From: Terriglobia bacterium
Lineage (GTDB): Bacteria > Acidobacteriota > Terriglobia > Acidiferrales > UBA7541
DNA length: 64,000 bases
Assembly (NCBI GenBank): GCA_963695545.1
Contig: OY968796.1
Span: 96,001-160,000 of the forward strand
Reading direction: 5' to 3'
Within the stretch, counting starts at the first letter, position 1, and each line of letters starts with the position of its first letter. A program made the translations under genes and the position numbers. Below, piece after piece: positions 29,901-38,036 of the stretch. Under the pieces are notes generated by a model. It had not been told where the DNA came from. It ran no database searches and worked only from the letters and a program-made list of their open reading frames with translations.

Positions 29901-32900
29901 TACGGCACCGCGCTAAGCGCCACCCAACTTGACGCGACGACCACTACCGCCGGGTCGTTTGCCTACACACCCGCGTCCGGAACTGTGCTCACGGCAGGAG
30001 CTCAAACGCTGCATGTGACGTTCACTCCAACGGACACGACCGATTTCACGACAGCGACGGCCACAACCACTCTGACCGTGAATCAGGCCGCGCCCGTGAT
30101 CACCTGGGCCACGCCCGCTGCGATCACCTATCCAACTCCGCTGAGCGGTACGCAACTTGATGCCACCGCGAGTGTGGGAGGAACGTTTGTTTACTCACCG
30201 CTATCCGGAACTGTTCCGACCGCCGGCAACGATTTCCTTAGCGTCACATTCACGCCGACCGACGCCGTCGATTACAGCACGGCCACCGCAAACGTAACCC
30301 TGGTCGTGCATCAGGCGACTTCGGTAATCACCTGGGGCACGCCCGCCGCGATCACTTACGGAACAGCGCTCAGCGGCACGCAACTTGACGCCACGGCGAG
30401 TGTCGCCGGTACCTTCGTCTATTCGCCTCTTGCAGGATCCGTGCCCGCAGCGGGCAGCGACACGCTCAGCGTCACGTTCACGCCGACCGACGCCGTCGAT
30501 AACACCACGGCCACCGCAACCGTAACTTTGGTCGTGAACAAGGCAGCGCCGGTGATCACCTGGGCCACGCCCGCCGCGATCACCTACGGCACTGCTCTCA
30601 GCGTTACGCAACTTGACGCCACCGCGAATGTGCCAGGAACTTTTGTCTACACGCCCGCCGCCGGCAGTGTGCCCGCAGCCGGCACGCAAGTGCTTGACGT
30701 GACGTTCTCGCCGACCGACGCAGTCGATTACACCTCAGCCTCCGCCGGCGTGAACCTGACGGTCAATAAGGCCACGCCCGTGATCACTTGGGCCACGCCT
30801 GCGGCGATCGCCTACCTGACGCCTCTAAGCGCGACGCAACTTGACGCGACAGCCAGCACCGCCGGGACTTTCGTTTACGCGCCCGCATCCGGAACCGTGC
30901 TCACCGCCGGCGCACAAACGCTCGATGTGACTTTTACTCCAACCGACGGGGCCGACTACACAACGGCCACAGCCAACGTAACTCTGACGGTGAACCAGGC
31001 GACGCCCGTGATCACCTGGGCCACGCCCGCGGCGATCACCTATCCGACCGCGTTGAGCGGCACACAACTTGACGCCACAGCCAGTGTGGCAGGGACGTTC
31101 GTCTACTCACCGCTATCCGGCACTGTTCCGACCGCGGGCAACGATTTCCTCAGCGTCACGTTCACCCCGACCGACGCCGTCGATTACGCAACGGCCACCG
31201 CCAACGTAACTCTGGTCGTGCATCAAGAACTTCCTGTGGTCACCTGGGCGACGCCTGCGGCGATCACCTACCTCACGCCTCTAAGCGCCACGCAACTTGA
31301 CGCCACAGCGAGCACGGCCGGCACGTTCGCATACACACCTTCGGCCGGTACCGTGCTCGGAGTCGGCAGCCAGACGCTGAACGTCACGTTCACGCCGACC
31401 GACGCAGTCGACTTCTCGACCGCCACCGGCACCACCACCCTCACAGTGAACAAGGCGACTCCAACAATTACCTGGGCCACGCCTGCCGCCATCTCTTACA
31501 ACACAGCTCTCAGCGCCACGCAACTCGACGCCACAGCGAGTACCGCCGGCACCTTCGTGTACGCGCCGCCGCTCGGCACTGTGCTCGGAGTCGGCAGCCA
31601 AACGCTGAACGTCACGTTCACGCCGACCGACGCCGTCGACTTCACCACGGCCACCGGCAGCACAACTCTGACGGTGAACAAAGCCACGCCCGTGATCACC
31701 TGGGCCACGCCAGCGGCGATCACCTACAACACCGCTCTCAGCGCCACGCAACTTGACGCCACGGCGAATACCGCCGGCACCTTTGTTTACGCGCCGCTCG
31801 CCGGTGTCGTGCTCGGAGCCGGGAGCCAAACACTCAGCGTGACGTTCACGCCAACTGACGCGACTGACTTCGCGACAGCCACCGGCACGACGACTCTGTT
31901 GGTAAACAAAGCCACGCCCGTGATCACCTGGGCCGCGCCCGCAGCCATCGCCTACGGCACAGCTCTAAGCGCCACGCAACTTGACGCGACCGCCAGCGTC
32001 GCCGGCACATTTGTGTACGCTCCGCTCGCCGGAGTAACGCTCGGCGGCGGCGCTCAAGTGCTCGCCACCACATTCACGCCCACCGACGCGGTTGACTACA
32101 CGACCGCGACCGCGACGGTAACTTTGACCGTGAACCCAGCCGTGACGACCACGACGCTCGTCTCGTCGACCAATCCATCCAACGCGAACGCGAACGTCAC
32201 GTTCATGGCCACCGTCACCTACGCCGCGGGCTCGCCCACCGGCAGCGTCACGTTCAGTAGCGGCGCCACACTGCTCGCGACGGTCACGCTCTCGAGCGGC
32301 TCCGCAACATTGATCACCGCCGCTTTGCCGCTCGGCGCCGACAACATTACGGCCACCTTTATCGCGGGCACGAACTTCGCGACAAGTACCTCGCCAATCT
32401 TGGTGCAAACCGTGATCGCCCCGAACTTCACGATCGCTCCTGCGTCGGTTGCGCCGCTCCCGCCAGTCGCCGCGGGCCAGGCGATCATCATTCCGATCAC
32501 ACTTGGCCCGGCAACTGTAGCCGGAGGAACGGTGCTCTTCTCCGCGACTGGTCTGCCGCCGAACAGCAGCATCGTCTTCGCTCCGCCCAGCCTCTCGGTC
32601 AGCACTGTGGCGCAGAACACAGTCATCACGCTGCAGACCACGCCGCAATTCCCCTACACCTCGCGCCACCCTGGGCCGTTTGGCGGCTGGCCTAGCCCGC
32701 GGCAACTCGAGTTCGCCGCGATCGGTCTTCTGCTTGCAGCTTTCGGCCTCTTCTGGGCCACCACGCGCAAACGCCGCGGCTGGGTTCTGGCGTTTGGAGG
32801 GCTCGCCCTTGCCGCAATTCTGGGAGGCTGCGCGACCACCGGCAGCAGCGGCAGCGGCACAGGAAACTTCTCGAGCTTCGGCACGACTCCGGGAACCTAC

Positions 32901-32969
32901 CCCGTTGTCGTCACCGGAAGCGACGGAAGCTACCAGCATTCCACGACGGTCAACGTCGTCGTGAATTAG
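23997..32969 (+). CDS. Giant surface protein (2990 aa): NHL beta-propellers, Ig-like domains, 21 tandem 76-aa repeats, C-terminal TM hairpin with lipobox
   Basis: Long signal peptide ending ARA; GDGG.AT.A.L..P.GVA.D.AGN.YIAD NHL repeats; repeat block; TTTTL.SSTNPS Ig-like domain; LGGC near the C-terminus. Confidence 0.92.
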   Translation: MRPTRLRISLSQSWVVRVLPTLSRFVAFATRAGSWALLLLIFSASAARAQNITAGGIISTAAGSGGAGSAGSGGLATATPVGGPDGVALDRAGNIYLLDRTNDQVDVVNTQAAAITVTGVTIQPGNVAVIVGSTGSCGTAGAIGDGGPAIDGLLCGPLGLALDASGNIYIADNQDLRIRIVNTQATAITVAGVTIPPNDIATVVGTGVSGSAGDGGAATSATLTNPSGVALDAAGNIYIADEGADVVRVVNTQAGSITIAGVTIAPNDIKTIAGTADSPAYTGDGGAATSAKLSSPYAVALDAAGNIYIDDDGNEVVRVVNPQASASVTVAGVSIAAGDIKTIAGNGTSGYMGNGGAATSAELNNPLGVFVEANGNILIADANNSVIRLVTTTGTISTFAGDNTFGFTGDGGFATSAELSGADATVSDAAGDVYIADFNDHRIREVVSGTAKFGSVAVGQSVTLPIGLNFTAGETLATISASGDNTVSSVGTCTLGVAFVSGNSCILSVKFTPTAPGPRWFPVTVTDSSGNIYSFALQGTGVAPATAFTPGIIATIVGTGTAGFTGDGGPATAAEIGKLWEATVDSAGNLYLVDHDNQRIRVVNRQSSAITVFGVTIPAGDIQTVAGNGTAGALGDGGAATSAEFYYPEGVVLDGAGNLYIADSINNKIRKVTAAGIISTVAGGGSACGAATDGLGDGCPATQATINSPNGVGFDASGNLYIVDTFNNRIRKVSPAGIITTVAGGGSVCGGATDSVGDGCAATSATLDLPGSALVDAAGNLYIADTSNNRVRKVNTNGVITTVAGTGTAGFSGDGGLATSAELDVPFRISIDAAGDLYVDDQTNERIRMVATNGDISTVAGDGIAGFMGDSGSATASELSSPDSAAVDGAGNLYIADGANSRIRKVSVTLAPTEAFGTLEVGQTSGAMGVGLSDVGNAALSISSLTWPTGFAMATVGDDCAVATPVTLGGKCDLGTVFSPSTAGAFSASLGVASNAFDAPSTIALTGTANLPVTALPATLTFSNQPVAQLSATQAVTLTNPTGAAITGIAITFSGTNGTEFTETDNCTATLAANSSCTINVGFTPTAVGSGSHTGEMSIADSDPSTPQVVMLTGTAVKGTPVITWATPAAITYGTALSSTQLDASASVSGVFAYTPASGSTPAAGSDTLSVVFTPTDTTDYAATTATVNLTVNQAIPTVTWTTPAAITYGTALSATQLDATASTAGTFVYAPASGTVLTAGFQTLHVTFTPTDAVDYTTATGTTTLTVDAAAPVITWATPAAITYGTALSGAQLDATASVPGTFVYTPAAGIVLGAGSKVLDVTFSPTDAVDYTSASAGVFLTVNKATPVITWATPAAITYGTALSVTQLDATASTAGTFVYSPASGTVLTGGAQTLNVTFTPTDGTDYTTATGSTILTVNKAAPVITWAGPAAITYGTALSGTQLDATASVGGTFVYTPAAGAVLTAGAQVLDVTFSPTDTVDYTSASAGVPLTVNKAVPVVTWATPAAITYGTALSATQLDATASVPGTFVYAPAAGAVPLAGSDTLGVTFTPTDSVDYTTVTANVTLVVHQATPVITWATPAAITYGTALSATQLDATTTVAGTFAYSPAAATVPGAGSQTLHVTFTPTDAVDYTTATATTTLTVNQATPVITWATPAAITYLTALSGTQLDATTTTAGTFVYTPASGTVLTAGAQTLHVTFTPTDTTDFTTAAGTTTLTVNQATPVITWTTPAAITYPTALSGTQLDATASVGGTFVYSPVSGSTPTAGNDFLTVTFTPTDAVDYTTATANVTLVVHQATPVITWGTPAAITYPTPLSATQLDATASVPGTFVYAPAAASVPLAGSDTLNVAFTPTDAVDYTTATANVTLTVNKGTPVITWATPAAITYGTALSATQLDATTTVPGTFAYTPAAATVLAAGSQTLHVTFTPTDAVDYNTASGTTTLVVNQATPVITWAAPAAIAYGTALSATQLDATTTTAGSFAYTPASGTVLTAGAQTLHVTFTPTDTTDFTTATATTTLTVNQAAPVITWATPAAITYPTPLSGTQLDATASVGGTFVYSPLSGTVPTAGNDFLSVTFTPTDAVDYSTATANVTLVVHQATSVITWGTPAAITYGTALSGTQLDATASVAGTFVYSPLAGSVPAAGSDTLSVTFTPTDAVDNTTATATVTLVVNKAAPVITWATPAAITYGTALSVTQLDATANVPGTFVYTPAAGSVPAAGTQVLDVTFSPTDAVDYTSASAGVNLTVNKATPVITWATPAAIAYLTPLSATQLDATASTAGTFVYAPASGTVLTAGAQTLDVTFTPTDGADYTTATANVTLTVNQATPVITWATPAAITYPTALSGTQLDATASVAGTFVYSPLSGTVPTAGNDFLSVTFTPTDAVDYATATANVTLVVHQELPVVTWATPAAITYLTPLSATQLDATASTAGTFAYTPSAGTVLGVGSQTLNVTFTPTDAVDFSTATGTTTLTVNKATPTITWATPAAISYNTALSATQLDATASTAGTFVYAPPLGTVLGVGSQTLNVTFTPTDAVDFTTATGSTTLTVNKATPVITWATPAAITYNTALSATQLDATANTAGTFVYAPLAGVVLGAGSQTLSVTFTPTDATDFATATGTTTLLVNKATPVITWAAPAAIAYGTALSATQLDATASVAGTFVYAPLAGVTLGGGAQVLATTFTPTDAVDYTTATATVTLTVNPAVTTTTLVSSTNPSNANANVTFMATVTYAAGSPTGSVTFSSGATLLATVTLSSGSATLITAALPLGADNITATFIAGTNFATSTSPILVQTVIAPNFTIAPASVAPLPPVAAGQAIIIPITLGPATVAGGTVLFSATGLPPNSSIVFAPPSLSVSTVAQNTVITLQTTPQFPYTSRHPGPFGGWPSPRQLEFAAIGLLLAAFGLFWATTRKRRGWVLAFGGLALAAILGGCATTGSSGSGTGNFSSFGTTPGTYPVVVTGSDGSYQHSTTVNVVVN
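27351..32138 (+). repeat. 21 x 228-bp intragenic tandem repeat (ATPVITWATPAAITYGTALS...TLTVN)
   Basis: Counted 21 units; 21 x 228 = 4788 bp, which matches the span exactly. Confidence 0.95.
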
Positions 32970-33122
32970 TGCCGGGCCATTGGATCGCGCCGAATTTCGG
33001 AGATCCGGCAACGAAGCCGTTTGCCGATCGCGGCGCACGAAGCATTCATCGAGGCTTGCAGTTACATCGACGAAAGCAATGAGAACGGGATTGAGCACGT
33101 CCACGAGGAGGGATAGAAAGGC

Positions 33123-33752
33123 ATGGAACCGAACCGCACATCGAACTCATCGCACACGGTCACGTGGCAGCGCAAGAATCTTCTCGCCGCCTTAGTAACC
33201 TTCGCGCTCTTGCTGATCGCCGCACCCGCGGCGCGCGCCCAGAATACCAACGTCGGCAGCATCAACGTCGACTATTCCTATCTCCGCGCCGATTCCTCCG
33301 GAAACGGCGGCGTCTTCTCCGCGGTCGGCGGCACGATCATGGGCGGATTCGATATTCGTGGCCCGCTCAGCATCGTTGGAGAGGTGCAGGGCTATTCCTT
33401 CCAGGGCCAGCCCGTCGGGACGAAAGGCCAAATGCTGATCTACGTCTTCGGCCCCGAACTGCAAGTCCCCATTCATCATTCGCCGATTTCCGTTTCGGCT
33501 GACGTGCTCTTCGGCGGCGGCTATCTCCGCGGCGAAGAGTCCGGCCAAGTGGCCTCCTCGAACGCCTTCGTCTTCGATTTCGGCCCGGGATTGATCGCCA
33601 ACGTTCGCGACCGCTGGTCCATTCAAATCGTGAAAGTGGAATATTTGATGACCAACTTCGCGCGCAACGACGGCGCCGCCGGCCGTCAGAACGACATGCG
33701 AATCTCCGCCGGCTTCACCTTCAACTTCCAGCGCAGAAGGACATACCATTAA
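33123..33752 (+). CDS. Small outer-membrane beta-barrel protein
   Basis: Signal peptide (ARA|Q), alternating amphipathic strands, last strand RISAGFTFNF. Confidence 0.75.
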   Translation: MEPNRTSNSSHTVTWQRKNLLAALVTFALLLIAAPAARAQNTNVGSINVDYSYLRADSSGNGGVFSAVGGTIMGGFDIRGPLSIVGEVQGYSFQGQPVGTKGQMLIYVFGPELQVPIHHSPISVSADVLFGGGYLRGEESGQVASSNAFVFDFGPGLIANVRDRWSIQIVKVEYLMTNFARNDGAAGRQNDMRISAGFTFNFQRRRTYH

Positions 33753-33780
33753 TCACGGCGCCATCGCGAGCCGCGCTCCG

Positions 33781-33808
33781 CACTCGCCACTCGCCACTCG
33801 TCACTCGT
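33781..33808. repeat. Heptamer tandem repeat CACTCGY x4
   Basis: CACTCGC CACTCGC CACTCGT CACTCGT between convergent genes. Confidence 0.7.
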
Positions 33809-33819
33809 CACCAGCCTCG

Positions 33820-34758
33820 CTAGTGCGTCGGTGGCGGCAAAGCAGTCGGCGGCGGAAGCCCCGGAGCCACCGGATTCGGATCCATCAATTCCAGCCGCGT
33901 CCCGTCTGGATCGTACAAATTGCACTGCCACTTGTTGTCCGCGCCGATCTTCGGCACGATCGTCCTCGTGTACAAACCCGTCGCCGCGCGGCTCTTCAGC
34001 GTGTCGGCCGTCTTCGGCATCTGGCCTGCCTCCACTGCCAGCGCCACGTGATTGTTCACGCCGCGATGATCCGGCGCCGGATATGGCCCGTATAACATGA
34101 ACTCCACGTAGTCCACTCCGTCCGGCACTTTCATATCGATCCAAGTCACATTTTTTCCGTTACCCGAACCACGCCAGAATTCCGTGAATCCCAGAATCCC
34201 GTTGTAAAATTTGTTCGCCTTATCCAGATCGCCCACGATAAATCCCGTGTGCAAAATTCGATCGCAAATCCGCGTGTCCGGCAAATGCTTCCCGATGTCT
34301 CGCCCCGTCAGGCTATGCGGCTCGTATTGCACAAACTGAAGTAAGTGCCCATCCGGATCCTTCACCTCGAAACTCTTGTCGCCCGTCTGGTCCTTCATCA
34401 CCTTCGCCGGCACTTCCACGCCCTGCGACTTCAAATATCGCCGCATCTGCTCCGCGTTATCCGTGTATACGGCGGTGTGCTCGAGCTGCCCTTCTCCGCG
34501 ATCCTTCTCGTTATCGAGCTCGAGAAATTGATGATCATTGATCTTTACGAACGCCACGCGCACTCCGCCCGAATCGTTCGGCAGCGTGAACGCCTCCTGA
34601 TACCCCAGAAAATCCTCGTAGAACGCGCGCGATTTCGCCAAATCCGAAACGAAGTACGAAACATTCGCCAGCCCCAATATCTTCGGCCGCTTCACCGCCG
34701 TTTGCGCCGATAGCGACGTGGCCATCAGCAAGCATCCCAACAATCTCAATAATTTCAT
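33820..34758 (-). CDS. Secreted two-domain VOC/glyoxalase family protein
   Basis: Signal peptide; FYEDFLG, DPDGHLLQFVQ, HTGFIVGDL, DPDGTRLELM. Confidence 0.88.
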   Translation of the reverse strand: MKLLRLLGCLLMATSLSAQTAVKRPKILGLANVSYFVSDLAKSRAFYEDFLGYQEAFTLPNDSGGVRVAFVKINDHQFLELDNEKDRGEGQLEHTAVYTDNAEQMRRYLKSQGVEVPAKVMKDQTGDKSFEVKDPDGHLLQFVQYEPHSLTGRDIGKHLPDTRICDRILHTGFIVGDLDKANKFYNGILGFTEFWRGSGNGKNVTWIDMKVPDGVDYVEFMLYGPYPAPDHRGVNNHVALAVEAGQMPKTADTLKSRAATGLYTRTIVPKIGADNKWQCNLYDPDGTRLELMDPNPVAPGLPPPTALPPPTH

Positions 34759-34990
34759 TCCCGTCCCCCGTATCCATCGAGCCCTGCTAACGCCGCGGGC
34801 GCTCGCGTTCTTGCCACAATCGCCGCATATTGTGTCACCATCCGCCCTCGCGGTCCCTCGATATTTGCCCGGTGCCGGCGCTGCGAGCCTCCGCACAAAT
34901 TTCTTGACTCTCGAATTGCCCTAGGCTATTCAACTCTAGGCCTTGGCGTAAATACCGTCAGGCCAATGCATACGCAAAGGCCCTTTCACC

Positions 34991-35332
34991 ATGAAAACCA
35001 GCGAACAACGAGATCTTTTCCCTGGCGCGCTCGAAATCATGATTCTCCGCACTCTCAAGCGCCAGCCGCTGCACGGCTACGCCCTGGTCCAGCACATCAA
35101 ACGCGCCTCCAACGATTTGCTTGAAATCGAGGAAGGCTCGCTCTATCCCGCTCTCCAGCGCCTGCTCAAGGATAAATTAGTCAGCGCCGAATGGGGCGTT
35201 TCCTCCACCCATCGCCGCGTGCGCGTTTACAAGCTCACGCCCGCGGGCAAAAAACATCTCGATCACGAAGTCTCAAAATTCGAGCGCATGCTCGACGGCG
35301 TCACGCGCGTCCTCGCGCCCGCGAAGTCATGA
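34991..35332 (+). CDS. PadR family regulator (acidobacterial type)
   Basis: GALEIMIL, LHGYAL, EEGSLYPALQRL, YKLTPAGKKHL; ATGA-coupled to an ADOP permease. Confidence 0.93.
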   Translation: MKTSEQRDLFPGALEIMILRTLKRQPLHGYALVQHIKRASNDLLEIEEGSLYPALQRLLKDKLVSAEWGVSSTHRRVRVYKLTPAGKKHLDHEVSKFERMLDGVTRVLAPAKS

Positions 35333-37992
35333 ACTGGTTCACAAAATTGTTCTCCCGTCGCCGCTACGACGACATCTCCGAAGAAATTCGCGAGCATCTC
35401 GACGAAAAAGTCGACGAACTCGTCGCCGGCGGAATGTCCCGCGCCGACGCCATGGCCGCCGCGCGCCGCCAGTTCGGCAATGTCGCGCTGATCGAAGAAC
35501 GCACGCGCGAAGTCTGGCGCTGGGCATGGCTTGAAAATTTATTTGCCGACGTCCGCTACGCCCTGCGCATGCTCCGCAAGAGCCCCGGCTTCACCGTCGT
35601 CGCCATCCTCACGCTCGCGCTCGGCATCGGCGCCAACACCGCGATCTTCTCCGTGGTCAACGCCGTGCTCCTCCAGCCGCTCGCCTACCCCAATCCCGAT
35701 CGCCTCGTCGAACTCGAACTCAGCTCGCCGCAAGGAAATGGGAATATCACGTCGATCCCGAAGTTCAACATCTGGCGCGAGCAGACCCAGGTGTTCGATT
35801 CCGTCGCGGCCTACGATCTCTCCGGTCCCGGCATCAATCTGATCGCAGGAGATCGCCCCGAGCAGCTCAAAGGCATCCACGCGTCGGCAGATTATTTCCA
35901 GGTGTTTGGCGCGCCCGTCGCGCTTGGCCGCACCTACACCGACGACGAGGATCGCCCCGGTGGCCCCGCCGTCGTTGTGATCAGCAACGGATTGTGGCGC
36001 AGCACGTTCGGCGGCGATCCGAATATCATCGGCCGCACCATCGATCTCGGCGGAGATCCCTACACGGTCATCGGAGTCCTCGGCCCCACTTTCGCGAGCG
36101 ATCCCGTGAGCGACCTTTGGCTTCCGCTCAAGGCTGATCCCAACAGTATCGATCAAGGACACTATCTGCGCTCCACGGCGCGCTTAAAGCCCGGTGTCAC
36201 CTTGGCGCAGGCGCAAGCCGCGATGAAGCTTGCTGCGGATGAGTTCAATCGAAAATTTCCCAACGCCCGTTTGGGCCCCGGAGGAAGCTTCACCGCCATT
36301 CCGCTGCGCGACAGCGTGATCGGCGATGTGCGTTTCGGTTTGCTGCTTCTTTTCGGAGCCGTCGGCTTCGTGCTCCTGATCGCCTGCGCCAATGTCGCCA
36401 ACTTGCTTCTCGTCCGCGCCGCGATCCGCCGCGGCGAAATCGCCATCCGCGCCGCGCTCGGCGCCGGACGCGCCCGCCTGATCTCGCAATTGCTCACGGA
36501 AAGTTTGCTGCTCTCGCTCGCCGGTGGCGCTCTCGGCCTCGTCCTTGGCTATTTCGGTGTGCGCGCTCTTTTGACCATCAATCCCGGCAATGTTCCGCGC
36601 ATCGGAGAGCAAGGCGCCGCCGTCACGCTTGACTGGCGCGTGCTCCTGTTCACTTTCGCCGCGTCCGTGGTCACCGGAATTTTGTTTGGACTCGTTCCCG
36701 CGCTCAGCGCTTCGCGCTCCGATCTCAATAGCACGTTGCGCGAAAGCGGCACGCGCTCCGGCTCAGGCGTGCGCCACAATAAAGCCCGCTCGGTCCTGGT
36801 GATCACGGAAATGGCGCTCGCTCTCGTTTTGCTCGTCGGCGCCGCTTTGCTGATTCGCACTTTCGGCGCGCTGCGCGGCGTCGATCCCGGCTTCGACGCG
36901 CACAACGTCTTGACCTTGCAAATGTCCCTCACCGGCGCGCGCTTTGAAAAAACCGACGGCGTTGCCGCACTCGAGCGCGACGCGAGCCAGCGCATCGACG
37001 CCCTCCCCGGCGTCTCCGCCGCGGCCATGACCTGCTGCCTCCCGCTCGAAGGCGGCTTCGGTTTGCCCTTCACCATCGAGGGACGTCCGCTGAAAGATAG
37101 CCCGTATCACGGTGGCGCGGGCTATCTGCCGATTTCTGCGGGCTATTTCGACGTCTTTCACATTCCCATCCTCAGTGGCCGCGCCTTCACCGATCAGGAC
37201 ACCACCGCCTCGGATCGCGTCGTGATCATTGATCAGGCCATGGCCAAACAATATTGGCCCAAAGGCGATGCCCTCGGCGCACGCATCACCATCGGCAAAG
37301 GTGTCGGACCGGAATTTGATGAGCCGCCGCGCCAAATCGTTGGCATCGTCGGCGATGTCCATCAGGGCGCGTTAAGCAGGCCGCCGGATCAGATCATGTA
37401 CCTGCCCATCCCGCAGCTCAACGATGGAATTATGGCGCTCAATAACCGGATCGTTCCCATGACCTGGGTCGTGCGCACAAAATATCAGCCTTTCTCGCTG
37501 AGCGCCGACATTCAGCGCGAATTGCGCGAATCGAGCGGCGGCCTGCCCGTAGCTCACGTCCGTAGCATGGAACAAGTAGTTGGCAATGCCACCACGCGCA
37601 ACGATTTCTATATGACCCTGCTCTCCATTTTCGCCGGCGTCGCGCTCCTCCTCGCCGCCATCGGCGTCTACGGCCTGATGGCCTATTCCGTGCAACAGCG
37701 CACGCAGGAAATCGGCGTGCGCATCGCTCTCGGTGCCAGCCCGCAGCAAGTGCGTCGCATGGTCGTGTTCCAGGGCATGACGCTCGCGTTCATCGGCGTA
37801 GTTCTCGGCGTCGCCGCCGCGCTCGCACTCACGCGCCTGATGCGCACTTTACTGTTCGGCGTGAAACCATGGGATCCCGCAACGATCGTGCTCGTGGCCG
37901 TCCTCCTCAGCGCGGTCAGTCTCGTCGCCACCTATCTCCCCGCCCGCCGAGCCAGCCGCGTCGACCCCATGGTCGCCCTCCGTTACGAATAG
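35329..37992 (+). CDS. ADOP family duplicated ABC permease 1
   Basis: Permease prefix (EEIREHL...AARRQFGN), LALGIGANTAIFS, LIACANVANL, C-terminal DPMVALRYE. Confidence 0.92.
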   Translation: MNWFTKLFSRRRYDDISEEIREHLDEKVDELVAGGMSRADAMAAARRQFGNVALIEERTREVWRWAWLENLFADVRYALRMLRKSPGFTVVAILTLALGIGANTAIFSVVNAVLLQPLAYPNPDRLVELELSSPQGNGNITSIPKFNIWREQTQVFDSVAAYDLSGPGINLIAGDRPEQLKGIHASADYFQVFGAPVALGRTYTDDEDRPGGPAVVVISNGLWRSTFGGDPNIIGRTIDLGGDPYTVIGVLGPTFASDPVSDLWLPLKADPNSIDQGHYLRSTARLKPGVTLAQAQAAMKLAADEFNRKFPNARLGPGGSFTAIPLRDSVIGDVRFGLLLLFGAVGFVLLIACANVANLLLVRAAIRRGEIAIRAALGAGRARLISQLLTESLLLSLAGGALGLVLGYFGVRALLTINPGNVPRIGEQGAAVTLDWRVLLFTFAASVVTGILFGLVPALSASRSDLNSTLRESGTRSGSGVRHNKARSVLVITEMALALVLLVGAALLIRTFGALRGVDPGFDAHNVLTLQMSLTGARFEKTDGVAALERDASQRIDALPGVSAAAMTCCLPLEGGFGLPFTIEGRPLKDSPYHGGAGYLPISAGYFDVFHIPILSGRAFTDQDTTASDRVVIIDQAMAKQYWPKGDALGARITIGKGVGPEFDEPPRQIVGIVGDVHQGALSRPPDQIMYLPIPQLNDGIMALNNRIVPMTWVVRTKYQPFSLSADIQRELRESSGGLPVAHVRSMEQVVGNATTRNDFYMTLLSIFAGVALLLAAIGVYGLMAYSVQQRTQEIGVRIALGASPQQVRRMVVFQGMTLAFIGVVLGVAAALALTRLMRTLLFGVKPWDPATIVLVAVLLSAVSLVATYLPARRASRVDPMVALRYE

Positions 37993-38036
37993 GTGATGTC
38001 ATGACAAGTCCCAACCGCGCGCTCTGCGGTGCTTAA

